Counted from the stretch's first letter, positions 1-11,537 are shown. The stretch: 64,000 nucleotides of DNA from Histomonas meleagridis 2922-C6/04-290x (GCA_020184695.1 JAANOX010000085.1:62001-126000); one strand, 5' to 3'. Notes: generated by a model from the sequence alone, not told the origin. Program-made: numbers and translations.

Positions 1-3000
1 GGTATTGTTGAGAAATTAATTTGATGAAATAATCGATCGAAAGTCGTATGAGGATTCATGATAATATTTATCATATTATTTAATAATTCTTTTGATTCAT
101 CATAAAGTTTCTTATGTATTAAATCGAAATATTGATATATCCAACGAATACAATTCTCAAATATAGTTACGGCTGCTAACAATAAACAATTTTGCATAAT
201 TGTCGCTTGTCTCATTAAAGTTGAATGTCGTATACTAATTGAAGATAATATTTCTTGAACAGCTGTTTTCTTACGGATATCATTTGAAGATTGTGCTACG
301 AGTAATGGGAATATTAATTCTTGATAATTTTCTTGTGATATACCTTCCAATATATTTTTTACTAATTGTATTGTTGACTTTGTATTATGAGAAAGTTGTG
401 CTATTAATTGAGGTATCGTATCTAAGAATAAAGAAGATTGTAAACGAATTAAATGTTGTGATATCATTTTAAATATATTTGGATTAGAAGCAGTATTAAA
501 AAATAATGAAAGTAATTGTATAATTTCAGAGAAATTACCTTTGCCTGCTGATAATATACAATGAATATAACCTTTCATTGCTTCGATTGCATATTTATCT
601 TTATCATTTTGATCATTGAAATCTTTGTTTGATAATTGATAGATTTGATAATTAATTGTTGCCCAACGTTGCCATATTATATAATTTTGTTTAGGAAATG
701 ATAATATTTGTTTTAATAATTCATAAGCATCTTTTAAACTTTTCGGATCTTTAGCACTATGAATTAATGACCAATCAACAAAATATACAACAAAAGATGG
801 TAATTTTAAAGGATCATAATGTTGGACTAACAAATGATGTATTAAATTCTTTAATTTTTGGATTGTTTGAGATTTATCTTTCCCAATTAACCATTGATAT
901 TTATAATATTGTAATATGACTAAAGGATTTGTAAAGTTATTATTACCGAAATTAGGAAATAATAATTTTAATGTTGAATTAAATACATCGAATTGACGTT
1001 CTCGTATTAATAATTCTAAAAAATGTATTAAAATTGTTTCATCACGTGGTGTAAATGTCATTCGATTAATGATTAAAGGCCACCAAACATTACTAATATA
1101 TTCGACGTTTCTAATTCGATTATTCCAATTTTTCGTATTAATTTCTTGTGTAATTAATTCTTGTAATTCATATAATACTTGACAATTTAATATAATTTGA
1201 TATAAACTTTCGTAACGATATGAGTTACCAAATAAAGAAGAAGATTGAGCACTAATTAAATTAAATGTCGAATTAATAATATTTTGTGCTAATTCTTTTT
1301 TGTTTAACATAATTAATGCTAAAATCTTTTTGATTTTCCCTTCGATTAAATCATCAGAACAAAAGTCACTATAAAAAAGCATTTTTTCATATTCTTTCGA
1401 GAAGAAAAATGCGTCCATAAAATCTAATGAAGTTTCTTCTTGAACTTTATGATCGAATTTTAAGAAGTCATTTGTTTTCTCTCTAATTTTATCATATAAT
1501 CTAAGTTTACTACATGAAGTTATATACCCTATAAACCCTTCTTCATTCTTAGGGAATAATTCTAACATTTGTTTATAATATATATAAGCATCATTCCATT
1601 GCCCTAATTTAATTAACCATTCTTCAGATACTATATTTGATTTAAACAAAGCTTTAGCAGTATTAGATTTACCTAATGAACTATTTAATGATATTAATGA
1701 ATCCAAAATCTCATTTGATATAGTAGATCCACCTTCATTTAATCTTTCTTGTTCATTATGTAATGCTAAAGCTAAACATTTTGCATTTTTAAATATTGGC
1801 GTTAAAGAATTTTGAGATATTAATAAAGGCTTTTCAGCGCGATCCATATATTCAATTAACCCGGTAAAAGAATGTAATATATCATTCGGTAAATTAGGTC
1901 GAACTAATATTAATTGTATTGATAAAGAAAAAGAACTTTGTACGTCATCATTTAAATGTATCCATATACTTAAGAACGCCGGATAAAATAAAGAATTAGC
2001 TAAAGGTTTATGAATCTCTGCTAATTCATAACATACACTAATTGATATACAAGGACTTAATTTAATTAATGAAAGTACAAAGTTCTTAAACCATGTTTGC
2101 CAATGTTTAGGTGTAGATAATGTAGATAATACATGTTGATCAAATAATGGTCGAACATTTGATATTTCTTGTTTTTCATAATTAGTTATAAATGATGGTA
2201 ATAATCCATCGATATTTATAAATGAGAAATCTGTTAATTGGATTGGTTTCCCTAACATTAAAGCAGCATTAATATCATTAAATTCTTTGGTTAATGCCTT
2301 ATTCTGTGATAATTTCTCAACTGTTTTATGTGTATAATTATTAAAGTTATTCCCTAATCGAATCATTACACTATATAACACTTGGAATGCTATTGAACTT
2401 AATTCTTTATCTGGATTAATACAATAAGTTAATGCGACTTTTAATACTATAGTTATATTATCATTAGGTTTTGTTCTTTGGATTAAGAAACGTAATGAAT
2501 TTAATGTACATATTTTAATACTTTTATTTGTGTCTTTTTTCATAATAATATTACAAAAATGTGGTATCATTAATTGACTTAAATGTGGAAATGAAGGACA
2601 AATATTAGCTAATAATGGAATACATAATAACGCATCTTCTGGATGTGATATTAATGAATTAGTTAATACATTTAATAAATTTGTGATTAGTTTTGTTGCA
2701 TATGGTGAAAAATCGGGTCCTACTTTATCAACTAATGCAGCAACAACTGATAATATTCCAGACATTAATGAATTGTTCCAAATTTTATGTATAACATTCA
2801 TTATCTCTGGTACAAATTGTACTGTTCGTTGACCCATTATAATGATTAATCTTTGTAATAAGTTTAAACTTGAGTTTGTATAACTTTCTTCGATTTCATT
2901 TAATATAATTGGTATTAATTGTGAGAAATAATCTGTTGGTATTGTTGATTTAACATTTAACGCTTCAATTGCACATGCTAAAGTTTTAATTTTTAAGTTT

Positions 3001-5378
3001 TTTAATGATTTATTAGATAAAATTAATTTTAATTGTTTAAATGTGATCTTTAAGAAATAATCATTATATGAATATGCTGTACCTACTAAAAATAAATCAG
3101 GTAAATCTTTGTTATCTTCATTATTATTATTTGGCTTTAAAGGTAAACGTTTCGGTGATATTGCACCACATAATCCAATTAACTTTAAACAATTAATTTT
3201 TAATTTCCGTGAATTTGAGTTTTCGATTAATTTGAAAATAGTTGATAATAATTCCGGATTAGAATTTAATACTTTGATTGGATCACCTGAGAAATTAATA
3301 TAATCGAATATTAATGAAATTATCGATTTTTTTAATTTTTTATTATTAAATTCTTTTAAAATGATATTTGAAATGTTTAAAACTTCAAAGAAATAATCCG
3401 TTAAAATTTTATAATTAATTTTTATAAATTCATGTAATGATTCGAAAAAATAAAATGAAAGTTTTGATTTTAATTTATTATTTAATGGATTATTAACATT
3501 TTCATTTTTATTTTGATAATTTTGTTTTAACATATTAATAATAATTGGGATAATTGTTGTCGAATATAATTTTAATAAAAATGATGAAACAGATATCAAA
3601 ATCGGTAAAACTTTTGCATTTTGTACTTGTAATTGTAATGAGTTTGAACATTGTAATGAATATAATGTATCGATTAATGAGTTCCGAATAATTGAATTAA
3701 TACTTAAGGGCGAATATTTTATTAATTCCTTTAGTAACAAAAAACAATTATTCCGAACTTTAGGTGATACGTCATGAGATAACATTTGATAAAAATGAAA
3801 AAACATCGGATGTATTAAATATTTATAATGTGAATTATTAAATGAGTTTAAACATGAAATTCGTACTTTACAACTATCATCAGACGTCGATATTTCGATG
3901 ATTTGATGAAGGATTTGTATAAGTTTTAATTGTGTAATTTCTTCATTTCCATTTGTAATTAAATGTAATAAAGCTTTTGGTATTAATATTCGAATGTTTT
4001 CGTTTTGATTGTACATTAAGTTACGTAATGGAGATGTTATCATTAACTTATAATTATTAATTAATGGAGGTAACTCTATGATTAATAAAATCGTATTAGT
4101 TAATACCTCATTTGTGATTTGTTTGTCTTGTAAATTGTTTAATATTAATTGTAATATTTGCGCTGAATGTATCTGCCAAAAACTTTGGTCGATTTTGATG
4201 ATGATTCGAAAGAACTTAATGAAATATTGCGTGAAAATATAATTCGATATGAATTCCCATATTTGCGCTTGGAATAACTTTATGTCATTCTTCTTATATT
4301 TGATTAAATTCTTTAAAACTTTGAACATTTTCGGTATTAATTCGGTTTCTTTATATATATATTTATATAACGAAAAGATTTGTGAATAATGTGTATCATT
4401 AAAATAATTCGGAATAGTCTTTAACATGATACTAATCGATGGTAATGACTCTTTAAGTATAGTGTTACGTGGTATAATCATTGACTGAAATATAGGAACA
4501 AATAACGACTCATGAAATAAGTTGTGATCTAAAATGGTTAAATATGATATGGTTGAGATGGCTATGGCTTTGATTTCGACTTTCTTGCTTTGTAAAAATG
4601 GATATATAACTTCGAATATGTCATTCGAACGTGATTTAAAAAGTTCACTTCGCTTTTTTAATAAGATGATTAAGACATTCATAACTCCTTGTGGACAATC
4701 TGAGGGTGCTGATAATAAATGAACAATCGCTTTTTGATATAAGGAATTAAATGTTACCGATAATTTATAGCCTTGATATTTGATTAAAAATATTGTGTAC
4801 TTCTCAAAGACATTAAGCGCTTCTTGACGAATGTCTTTGGAATTGTTAAGTAGCCATGGCCATATTAATTCTTGAATTTCAATATGATGGATATGAAAGA
4901 TATTTGGAATCGTGGTGGATAATAATTTGAGTAAATAAAGGCCTAATATGACATTGTTGGGATTTGATTGCTCAGGTTTAATCATGCTTAACGCATATTC
5001 TAGTTGACGTAATCGAAATCCATTATCGTTTGGTGAAATTTCTGATGTAATAATTGATACAACATACGCAGAAAACTTTAGTGAGACAATGTCATTGGAT
5101 GTATAAATATATGGAACAAATTCTTCAAAAAATGTGGTATCATTAATAAAAAAATTATATAAACAAAATAAACCAATTGTAATAAGTTGAAATCGACGTT
5201 GCTCTTTTGATGTCTTTAATGATACTAAATATGTTTGAGAATTCTTAATATAATTATTTAGCTCATCAGTTTGTAATGTAATAAGATTATCTGAAATTCC
5301 TTTCCACGTTACTTCAGAGAGATGAATTAACTCGTTTAATGTCGAAGGAATTTGAAGTTTGATAAAAATTTGTTCCAT
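1..5378 (-). CDS. TOR: TOR-family (PIKK) kinase, N-terminal HEAT/FAT/FRB part; runs off the left edge of the window and is absent from the supplied ORF track
   Basis: Hand translation of the minus strand from ATG 5378 and of the segment near 1-420 is open. It reads TIPQLIAQLSHNTKSTIQLVKNILEGISQENYQELIFPLLVAQSSNDIRKKTAVQEILSSISIRHSTLMRQA, matching the TOR FAT-end/FRB-entry pattern (VIPQLIARI...QALIYPLTVAS...HSNTLVQQA). Both ends are in the same frame; the middle was not checked codon by codon. Confidence 0.85.
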   Translation of the reverse strand, partial: MEQIFIKLQIPSTLNELIHLSEVTWKGISDNLITLQTDELNNYIKNSQTYLVSLKTSKEQRRFQLITIGLFCLYNFFINDTTFFEEFVPYIYTSNDIVSLKFSAYVVSIITSEISPNDNGFRLRQLEYALSMIKPEQSNPNNVILGLYLLKLLSTTIPNIFHIHHIEIQELIWPWLLNNSKDIRQEALNVFEKYTIFLIKYQGYKLSVTFNSLYQKAIVHLLSAPSDCPQGVMNVLIILLKKRSELFKSRSNDIFEVIYPFLQSKKVEIKAIAISTISYLTILDHNLFHESLFVPIFQSMIIPRNTILKESLPSISIMLKTIPNYFNDTHYSQIFSLYKYIYKETELIPKMFKVLKNLIKYKKNDIKLFQAQIWEFISNYIFTQYFIKFFRIIIKIDQSFWQIHSAQILQLILNNLQDKQITNEVLTNTILLIIELPPLINNYKLMITSPLRNLMYNQNENIRILIPKALLHLITNGNEEITQLKLIQILHQIIEISTSDDSCKVRISCLNSFNNSHYKYLIHPMFFHFYQMLSHDVSPKVRNNCFLLLKELIKYSPLSINSIIRNSLIDTLYSLQCSNSLQLQVQNAKVLPILISVSSFLLKLYSTTIIPIIINMLKQNYQNKNENVNNPLNNKLKSKLSFYFFESLHEFIKINYKILTDYFFEVLNISNIILKEFNNKKLKKSIISLIFDYINFSGDPIKVLNSNPELLSTIFKLIENSNSRKLKINCLKLIGLCGAISPKRLPLKPNNNNEDNKDLPDLFLVGTAYSYNDYFLKITFKQLKLILSNKSLKNLKIKTLACAIEALNVKSTIPTDYFSQLIPIILNEIEESYTNSSLNLLQRLIIIMGQRTVQFVPEIMNVIHKIWNNSLMSGILSVVAALVDKVGPDFSPYATKLITNLLNVLTNSLISHPEDALLCIPLLANICPSFPHLSQLMIPHFCNIIMKKDTNKSIKICTLNSLRFLIQRTKPNDNITIVLKVALTYCINPDKELSSIAFQVLYSVMIRLGNNFNNYTHKTVEKLSQNKALTKEFNDINAALMLGKPIQLTDFSFINIDGLLPSFITNYEKQEISNVRPLFDQHVLSTLSTPKHWQTWFKNFVLSLIKLSPCISISVCYELAEIHKPLANSLFYPAFLSIWIHLNDDVQSSFSLSIQLILVRPNLPNDILHSFTGLIEYMDRAEKPLLISQNSLTPIFKNAKCLALALHNEQERLNEGGSTISNEILDSLISLNSSLGKSNTAKALFKSNIVSEEWLIKLGQWNDAYIYYKQMLELFPKNEEGFIGYITSCSKLRLYDKIREKTNDFLKFDHKVQEETSLDFMDAFFFSKEYEKMLFYSDFCSDDLIEGKIKKILALIMLNKKELAQNIINSTFNLISAQSSSLFGNSYRYESLYQIILNCQVLYELQELITQEINTKNWNNRIRNVEYISNVWWPLIINRMTFTPRDETILIHFLELLIRERQFDVFNSTLKLLFPNFGNNNFTNPLVILQYYKYQWLIGKDKSQTIQKLKNLIHHLLVQHYDPLKLPSFVVYFVDWSLIHSAKDPKSLKDAYELLKQILSFPKQNYIIWQRWATINYQIYQLSNKDFNDQNDKDKYAIEAMKGYIHCILSAGKGNFSEIIQLLSLFFNTASNPNIFKMISQHLIRLQSSLFLDTIPQLIAQLSHNTKSTIQLVKNILEGISQENYQELIFPLLVAQSSNDIRKKTAVQEILSSISIRHSTLMRQATIMQNCLLLAAVTIFENCIRWIYQYFDLIHKKLYDESKELLNNMINIIMNPHTTFDRLFHQINFSTI

Positions 5379-6296
5379 TTTTGGTGCTTTTAAACCGTTA
5401 AAATTATGGTACACCCAAAAATGAAACCAAAGATAATCGACCGCGCAAAGAATAGATTAAAATTCTTCTAAATTTAAAATGATTTAAAAATCAATAAAAC
5501 CTTGTGGAGTAAATGGAACATTTTCTTAAAAATTTTCAAAAATAAAAATATATTCTAATTCATCAATCAAAACTTCCAAAATTTTTTTAGTTAAAATTGT
5601 TTGTTTGAAGAATTATGGTAGTGAAAGAATAAGTTTGTTAAAATAAGAAATTTATAATTACTTCATTACTTAATGTTTTCTTGAACTTTATAAAATTTTT
5701 TTATAGTCATTGGAAAATTAACTTATATTATATTTTCAAATTTATAAATGAATATTTTGGTTTGATTAAAAATGTTTTTCATTTATCATGTGATGAAAAT
5801 TAATCAACAAGAAAATAAACATACTATATTTATGCAAAAAATTGATTTATGAGTTTTTTTTTGGTTTCTAAAAAGTAACAACAAAATGAAAATTAACACC
5901 ATTGTTGGTAATTTTATATGATAAAATAAATGAATTAATAATGATTTCAATCTATTTATGATAATAATATTTATTATATATATATAAATAATTTATATAC
6001 AATATAAAAATAGAAACCTTTTTTATAATAACGTAAAATCTACATAAGCAAACAAGGAATACAAGCATAAAACCAACGTTCAATATATAGATAAACAAAA
6101 AATCAATAAAATCTTCCTAAACAAATTAAATAGAAATAAAATGTCAAATATTCGAAACTTTTTTTATTTATATCAATTAATTATGATTGTAATCATTCTT
6201 GTTACAAGTAAAATATTGAAAAATTTCAAAGCATTTAAATGCATAATCATCACAAAAATTTCATTTCTATGGTTTATTAATATATCAAAAATTTCC

Positions 6297-7025
6297 ATGC
6301 CTGTGTTATATCTTATTATAAAGAAATTATCAGGATATGATCAACAGTGCATAAGCGAAGATTCAATAATATTTTTCTCGTTGAGTGTGAAAGGAACCAA
6401 AAAATCATCCTTCTCACTTGATCATAATAAGAGGAATATCGACTTTTCTGATGAACTGTTAGAAATTCCTGTCACAGCAGATACAGAAATTGTAACCTTA
6501 GGATTTTGGTGTGAGGATTCTCAAAATAACCGAAAATGGCTTGCACTCATACAATTTCCAGTTTCAGTCTTTCCAAAAAATGGTGTTTGCAATGTCAACC
6601 TTAAAATGTGGTTAATTGAAGGCACACTATTATGTGAGCAACCAAAGGTTAAATTATATTTTCATTTATCAAAAGAAGCAAAGAATCCATTCAAAGCCAA
6701 TAAAAAAGAATTCAACACGAATGGGTACCTTGAATACAGACAAACAAAGGTTGATGAAAATGGATATTATATCCTCCCTCAAGGACAACTTAGTTCCCAC
6801 AGAAATCCTCCAAATGTTCCAAAGCCATCAAGAAAAAGATCTAATACCAACCAAAACTATCTTCAGTACACACCATCAACACCAGAAGGTGCAAAACGCG
6901 CTGCTCGTGCTGCGATGTTACAAGTTGATAAGGAATATTGGGAAGTTTTAGCGAATAAAGATTTTGTAGAAGTTGCATGTCAACAACTTCAAAATGAAGC
7001 AGTAGGACAATATGATCTTGGATGA
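6297..7025 (+). CDS. C2-like domain hypothetical protein
   Basis: ORF 6141..7025. The N-terminal 52 codons look like AT-rich UTR, so the likely start is ATG 6297 (MPVLYLII). Beta-rich segment (VTLGFW...LALIQFPV...PKVKLYFHLS) resembles a C2 fold. Confidence 0.55.
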   Translation: MPVLYLIIKKLSGYDQQCISEDSIIFFSLSVKGTKKSSFSLDHNKRNIDFSDELLEIPVTADTEIVTLGFWCEDSQNNRKWLALIQFPVSVFPKNGVCNVNLKMWLIEGTLLCEQPKVKLYFHLSKEAKNPFKANKKEFNTNGYLEYRQTKVDENGYYILPQGQLSSHRNPPNVPKPSRKRSNTNQNYLQYTPSTPEGAKRAARAAMLQVDKEYWEVLANKDFVEVACQQLQNEAVGQYDLG

Positions 7026-7694
7026 GATTGATAAAAAATGAATAGTAAATCACCTTTCTTTTAACTTTATTCACTTATCTAAGTATTTAAACGAATAAGT
7101 TTTGTACAGCATCATCTTGGAATGAATATTTTTTTGAAATGATCGTTCCATTGAATGAAAAATTTCAGTCGAATATTTTGTCAAAATATCCGACTTTTTG
7201 AATTCGAATTTCAAATAACGTTTTTGGCGCCAAAACTGGATAACGGCCTTTTTTCAGTGTGAGGCAACGTATATACAGTTTCCCACGATACGATGAAAAA
7301 GTCATCAGTCAATTCAAATTTGAACGTTTTTTTAAATTGCGGTTGCACAAAAATGTAACGAATCCTGAAGCTTGTGTTTCTTTGTCATGAATTTCTGATC
7401 TAATATTCTGAATATCAATCACCCTATCATGTTGTATGAATAATCTCCGATATATTATAAAAAAATCATTCAGAAATTCGATTTTGCTTCCAAGGACATG
7501 ATTTCGTACGTTATGATCAATAAAAATATTTTTGTATTTCTTCATGCTATAATCGAAATATTGGAATTTAATCATAAATATAAATTGAAAATATTATCTA
7601 TATAATAACCAATATATAAATAATAAGTTTAAATATATTTAGATAATAAAATATTTTAATTTTGAGAAATTCGCAGCACTTTTCAGTTAGATCA

Positions 7695-10600
7695 ATGTCA
7701 ACCATCTCCTACGGGTCTTTCGACCAAATAATTGGAAATAAGAATGGATCTAATCAATCAAAATATGAAGATGATTACAGCGAGATGACGGTTGAACAAC
7801 TACTAGATCAAAAATCACAATATATTGAAGAACTCAATTTTGCTGAAGCGCGCAAAATTGAAGACATCATACGTATAAAAAAGGACGATGCATTTTTGAA
7901 AATTGTTGAAGAAACTAAAGACAAAATTTTTGATGAGGTGAATCAAGCATATGATGATTATCAAAATCAATGCGATGAAATAGAAAAAAAATATGAAGAA
8001 TCAGAATTATCCATTAGAGAGAAAATCGATTTTTCGTTTCAAGAAATGCAAAACAAACACATTAATGAATTAACGGAAATCGAGAAAAAATTTTCAATTG
8101 AGTTAATACAATCAAGAAGCAAACCAATCAAAGCACAGATTGATTACTACAACCAAGCTAAACTTCTAGCTCGGAATAACAAGTTTGATGAAGCACTTCG
8201 TACAAAACAAAAAGGAGATCAAATCTTTGAAAACGAGCAAAAGCAAAGGAAAATTAAACTAGAAAAAAAATACAAACTTCTTAGATCCCAAATCAAGACA
8301 CGCCAAGAGAAAGAAATCATTATACTTGATGAAAAATTAATATCAGAATTATCCAAGCACAAAACAAAACGAGAAGAATCATTAGCTAACCAATCACGGA
8401 ATCTCAAGAATCAATTTATATCCATTCGTAGCAAGATTATGAATCAATTTTCGTCATCAACATCATCAATTAAAACTAATTCCAAGAAATACAAAATCAC
8501 TCAAAACGAGTTAAGTTCATATTTTAACAAAACCGTCCAGCAAATATCAGGATATAACATGGAGAGTGTATCTCCTATTTCCAGTCCCAAACATATTACA
8601 TCACCATCATCGAAGTCGGTTAAAAGTGCCACTACTAAACTTATTGAATCTCAAGAAGAAAGTGACAACTCCTTATGTTTTGAGGAAGAAGAACATTCAT
8701 CATCAGCAAGTTCCATACAATCAGAAAGTGACAATGCCGAATCTGTTTCATCATCGTCATCAGGGGAAATTGAACAAATTGAAAATACACATCGTCGATT
8801 GCAATCCAATTCAGCCAAAATGATTCCACGACTTAGTAACACCAATAACAATAATAATAATAATAGAGAAAGATTTAATTCGCTTGGGTTAAATCGTATT
8901 AAAAATCCAATTTCGGGTTCACAAGAACAAGGAAATTCGCAACGATTTAATTCAGTTGGAGGCACAAACACAAGCGAGAACCCGTATGTTGCAGGGAAAT
9001 CACTTGAGGGCGTCAAAGTTCAGCCATTTAAGATAATGCCAATGCGACGACAAAATTCATTCATTAGTATGAAAGATAATCCATTAATTATTGAACATAA
9101 CTTACAGCTGCAAAGGAAGAATTCGTTAAGTGTATCATTTAGTAAATTTAGTGGTTTAAATACAAACAATGAAAACAATGATTTCGATTCGATATTATCA
9201 ACAAATCAAGAAGTGGATGAATCGAAGCAACAAATTAAATCTTTGGGCCCTGTTTCAACTAATAACGAAGATAATCAAGTCGTCGTAGAAAAGAATAGGC
9301 AAATAAAAAGAAGATATTCCGTTGGTCCGAAATTCGCAGAGAATCCATTCATAGCAGAGCGAAATTTGCAATTGCGAATACAGAACTCGAAAAGTTCAAA
9401 CGACATTGAAACTCCACCAATACCAACGCCACCTAAAAGAGGAGAATTTACAGAGAACCCATTCATTGCAGAACGGAAATTACAGTTACGAATACAAAAC
9501 TCTAAAAGTGTTAGTAATAATAATAGTGAAAATGAAAATCAATTAAATAACGATAATAATATGAAAGAAGAAAATAATGAAAATGATAAAAAAGAAGAAA
9601 ATCAAAATGAAGAGAAAAAAGTTAATAATCCGCCGAAATTAGAAGAGAATCCATTCATAGCAGAGCGAAACTTGCAATTACGAATACAAAACTCTAAAAG
9701 TGTTAACAATAATGAAAACGAAAATGATAAAAAAGAAGAAGAGAAAAAAGAAGAGAAAAAGATTCACAGTCCAGCGAAATTTGAAGAGAATCCATTTATT
9801 GCAGAGCTAAACTTACAATTACGAATACAAAATTCTAAAAGTGTTAATACCAACAATAATAACGAAAATGAAAATCAATTAAATAATGATAATAATAAAA
9901 TGGAAGAAAATAATGAAAACAATAAAAAAGAAGAAAATAATGAAAATGATAAAAAAGAAGAAAAGCAAATCGAAGAGAAAAAAGTTAATAATCCGCCTAA
10001 TTTAGAAGATAATCCATTTATTGCAGAGCGAAATTTACAATTACGAATACAAAACTCTAAAAGTGTTAGTAATAATAATAATGAAAACGAAAATGATAAA
10101 AAAGAAGAAAATCAAAATGAAGAGAAAAAAGTCAATAATCCGCCTAATTTAGAAGATAATCCATTTATTGCAGAGCGAAATTTACAATTACGAATACAAA
10201 ACTCTAAAAGTGTTAGTAATAATAATAATAATGAAAACGAAAATGATAAAAAAGAAGAGAAAAAAGTTAACAATCCGCCGAATTTAGACGAGAATCCATT
10301 CATAGCTGCATGGAATTTACAATTACGAATACAAAACGCAAGTTCATTAAATCGAGTTAATTCAAGTCAACAGATATATAAGAAATATAATTCATTAGGA
10401 CCTGAAACGAATGATAATATACTTTTGGAAGATAAAAGCAAAGATTCAAACAGATTTAATTCGATTGGAGAAGGATTCAATAAGAATATCTTCAAGATGA
10501 AAAGAAGTCAATCATTTAAATCGAAGTCTTTAGTGATGAAACCGAACAGCAGTAATCCGTTTTTGTTATTAAAGAATAGAACAAAATCAGTTGAACATAA

Positions 10601-11537
10601 CAAGAAAACTAATTCAATAAGTACGAGCAATGATTATAATAATGAATCAGAAAGTAACAACGAATCAAATGTTAAAGATGAAAATAATAAAATAAATAAT
10701 AATAACAGTTTAAACGAAGATGACAATGATAGCTTAAAGAATAATAAAAATAAATCAGATAACGACAGTTTAGTCGGTAATGAAAATGATAAAACTAAAG
10801 ATAACGACAGCTTAAATGGAGATAAAAATGTTAAATTTACAGATGACAATAAAGTAACAGAAAATAACAAAGTAACAGATAATGACAGTTTAGTTGGCGA
10901 AGAAAATGTTAAATTTGCAGACAACAAAACAACAGACAATGACAGTTTAGTTGGCGATGCAAAAAGTATAGCAGACATCAACAGTTTAATTGGTGATGAA
11001 AATGTTAAATTTACAGACAACAAAACAACAGACAATGATAGTTTAGTTGGCGATGAAAATGTTAAATTTACAGACAACAAAACAACAGACAATGATAGTT
11101 TAGTTGGCGATGAAAGCGCTAAAGTAACACCAAAGAAAAACATAAAATTTGTGTACAACAACAGATCAAATATAGAAAACAACATAAACGCAGACAACAA
11201 CAGTTTGATTGGTGATGAAAACAGTTTAATAGGCGATGAAAGCAGCATAGCGGATAACAACAGCTTAATTGGCGACAATAACAGCTTAATTGGTGACGAC
11301 AAAAGCGTTACAGACAGCAACAGCATATTAATGGGCGATGCCAAAGCCAACGCGAATGCTGCTGCCACACACAATGACGATGATGATGCGTCTGCTGCTG
11401 ATGAACTTGCATTTTCTGCTGATGACGAAGAGGAATCGTACTCTTCGTCGGGCTCTGACGATGCGGCTGACTTTATAAGCCACTCATATCGCCCGATACC
11501 GTCTTATCTGATACAGCACTCGAGCGACTCCGGATGA
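7695..11537 (+). CDS. Large low-complexity protein: N-terminal coiled coil, Ser-rich linker, NPF-containing repeats, acidic DSL(V/I)GD repeats
   Basis: 1291-codon ORF, first ATG at 7695; domain layout read from the translation. Confidence 0.75.
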   Translation: MSTISYGSFDQIIGNKNGSNQSKYEDDYSEMTVEQLLDQKSQYIEELNFAEARKIEDIIRIKKDDAFLKIVEETKDKIFDEVNQAYDDYQNQCDEIEKKYEESELSIREKIDFSFQEMQNKHINELTEIEKKFSIELIQSRSKPIKAQIDYYNQAKLLARNNKFDEALRTKQKGDQIFENEQKQRKIKLEKKYKLLRSQIKTRQEKEIIILDEKLISELSKHKTKREESLANQSRNLKNQFISIRSKIMNQFSSSTSSIKTNSKKYKITQNELSSYFNKTVQQISGYNMESVSPISSPKHITSPSSKSVKSATTKLIESQEESDNSLCFEEEEHSSSASSIQSESDNAESVSSSSSGEIEQIENTHRRLQSNSAKMIPRLSNTNNNNNNNRERFNSLGLNRIKNPISGSQEQGNSQRFNSVGGTNTSENPYVAGKSLEGVKVQPFKIMPMRRQNSFISMKDNPLIIEHNLQLQRKNSLSVSFSKFSGLNTNNENNDFDSILSTNQEVDESKQQIKSLGPVSTNNEDNQVVVEKNRQIKRRYSVGPKFAENPFIAERNLQLRIQNSKSSNDIETPPIPTPPKRGEFTENPFIAERKLQLRIQNSKSVSNNNSENENQLNNDNNMKEENNENDKKEENQNEEKKVNNPPKLEENPFIAERNLQLRIQNSKSVNNNENENDKKEEEKKEEKKIHSPAKFEENPFIAELNLQLRIQNSKSVNTNNNNENENQLNNDNNKMEENNENNKKEENNENDKKEEKQIEEKKVNNPPNLEDNPFIAERNLQLRIQNSKSVSNNNNENENDKKEENQNEEKKVNNPPNLEDNPFIAERNLQLRIQNSKSVSNNNNNENENDKKEEKKVNNPPNLDENPFIAAWNLQLRIQNASSLNRVNSSQQIYKKYNSLGPETNDNILLEDKSKDSNRFNSIGEGFNKNIFKMKRSQSFKSKSLVMKPNSSNPFLLLKNRTKSVEHNKKTNSISTSNDYNNESESNNESNVKDENNKINNNNSLNEDDNDSLKNNKNKSDNDSLVGNENDKTKDNDSLNGDKNVKFTDDNKVTENNKVTDNDSLVGEENVKFADNKTTDNDSLVGDAKSIADINSLIGDENVKFTDNKTTDNDSLVGDENVKFTDNKTTDNDSLVGDESAKVTPKKNIKFVYNNRSNIENNINADNNSLIGDENSLIGDESSIADNNSLIGDNNSLIGDDKSVTDSNSILMGDAKANANAAATHNDDDDASAADELAFSADDEEESYSSSGSDDAADFISHSYRPIPSYLIQHSSDSG
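9339..10346 (+). repeat. Seven coding repeats (E/D)NPFIA(E)RNLQLRIQNSKS separated by Asn/Glu/Lys-rich linkers
   Basis: Directly visible in DNA (gagaatccattcatagcagagcgaaa...) and in the translation. Confidence 0.9.
10758..11325 (+). repeat. Coding repeats DNDSLVGDENVKFTDNKTT and DNNSLIGD
   Basis: Visible in translation and DNA (gacagtttagttggcga...). Confidence 0.85.

Noticed and set aside
10634-11374. 246-aa antisense ORF, and other antisense ORFs such as 17096..17464 and 8651..9016
   Set aside because: Shadows of real genes on the opposite strand.
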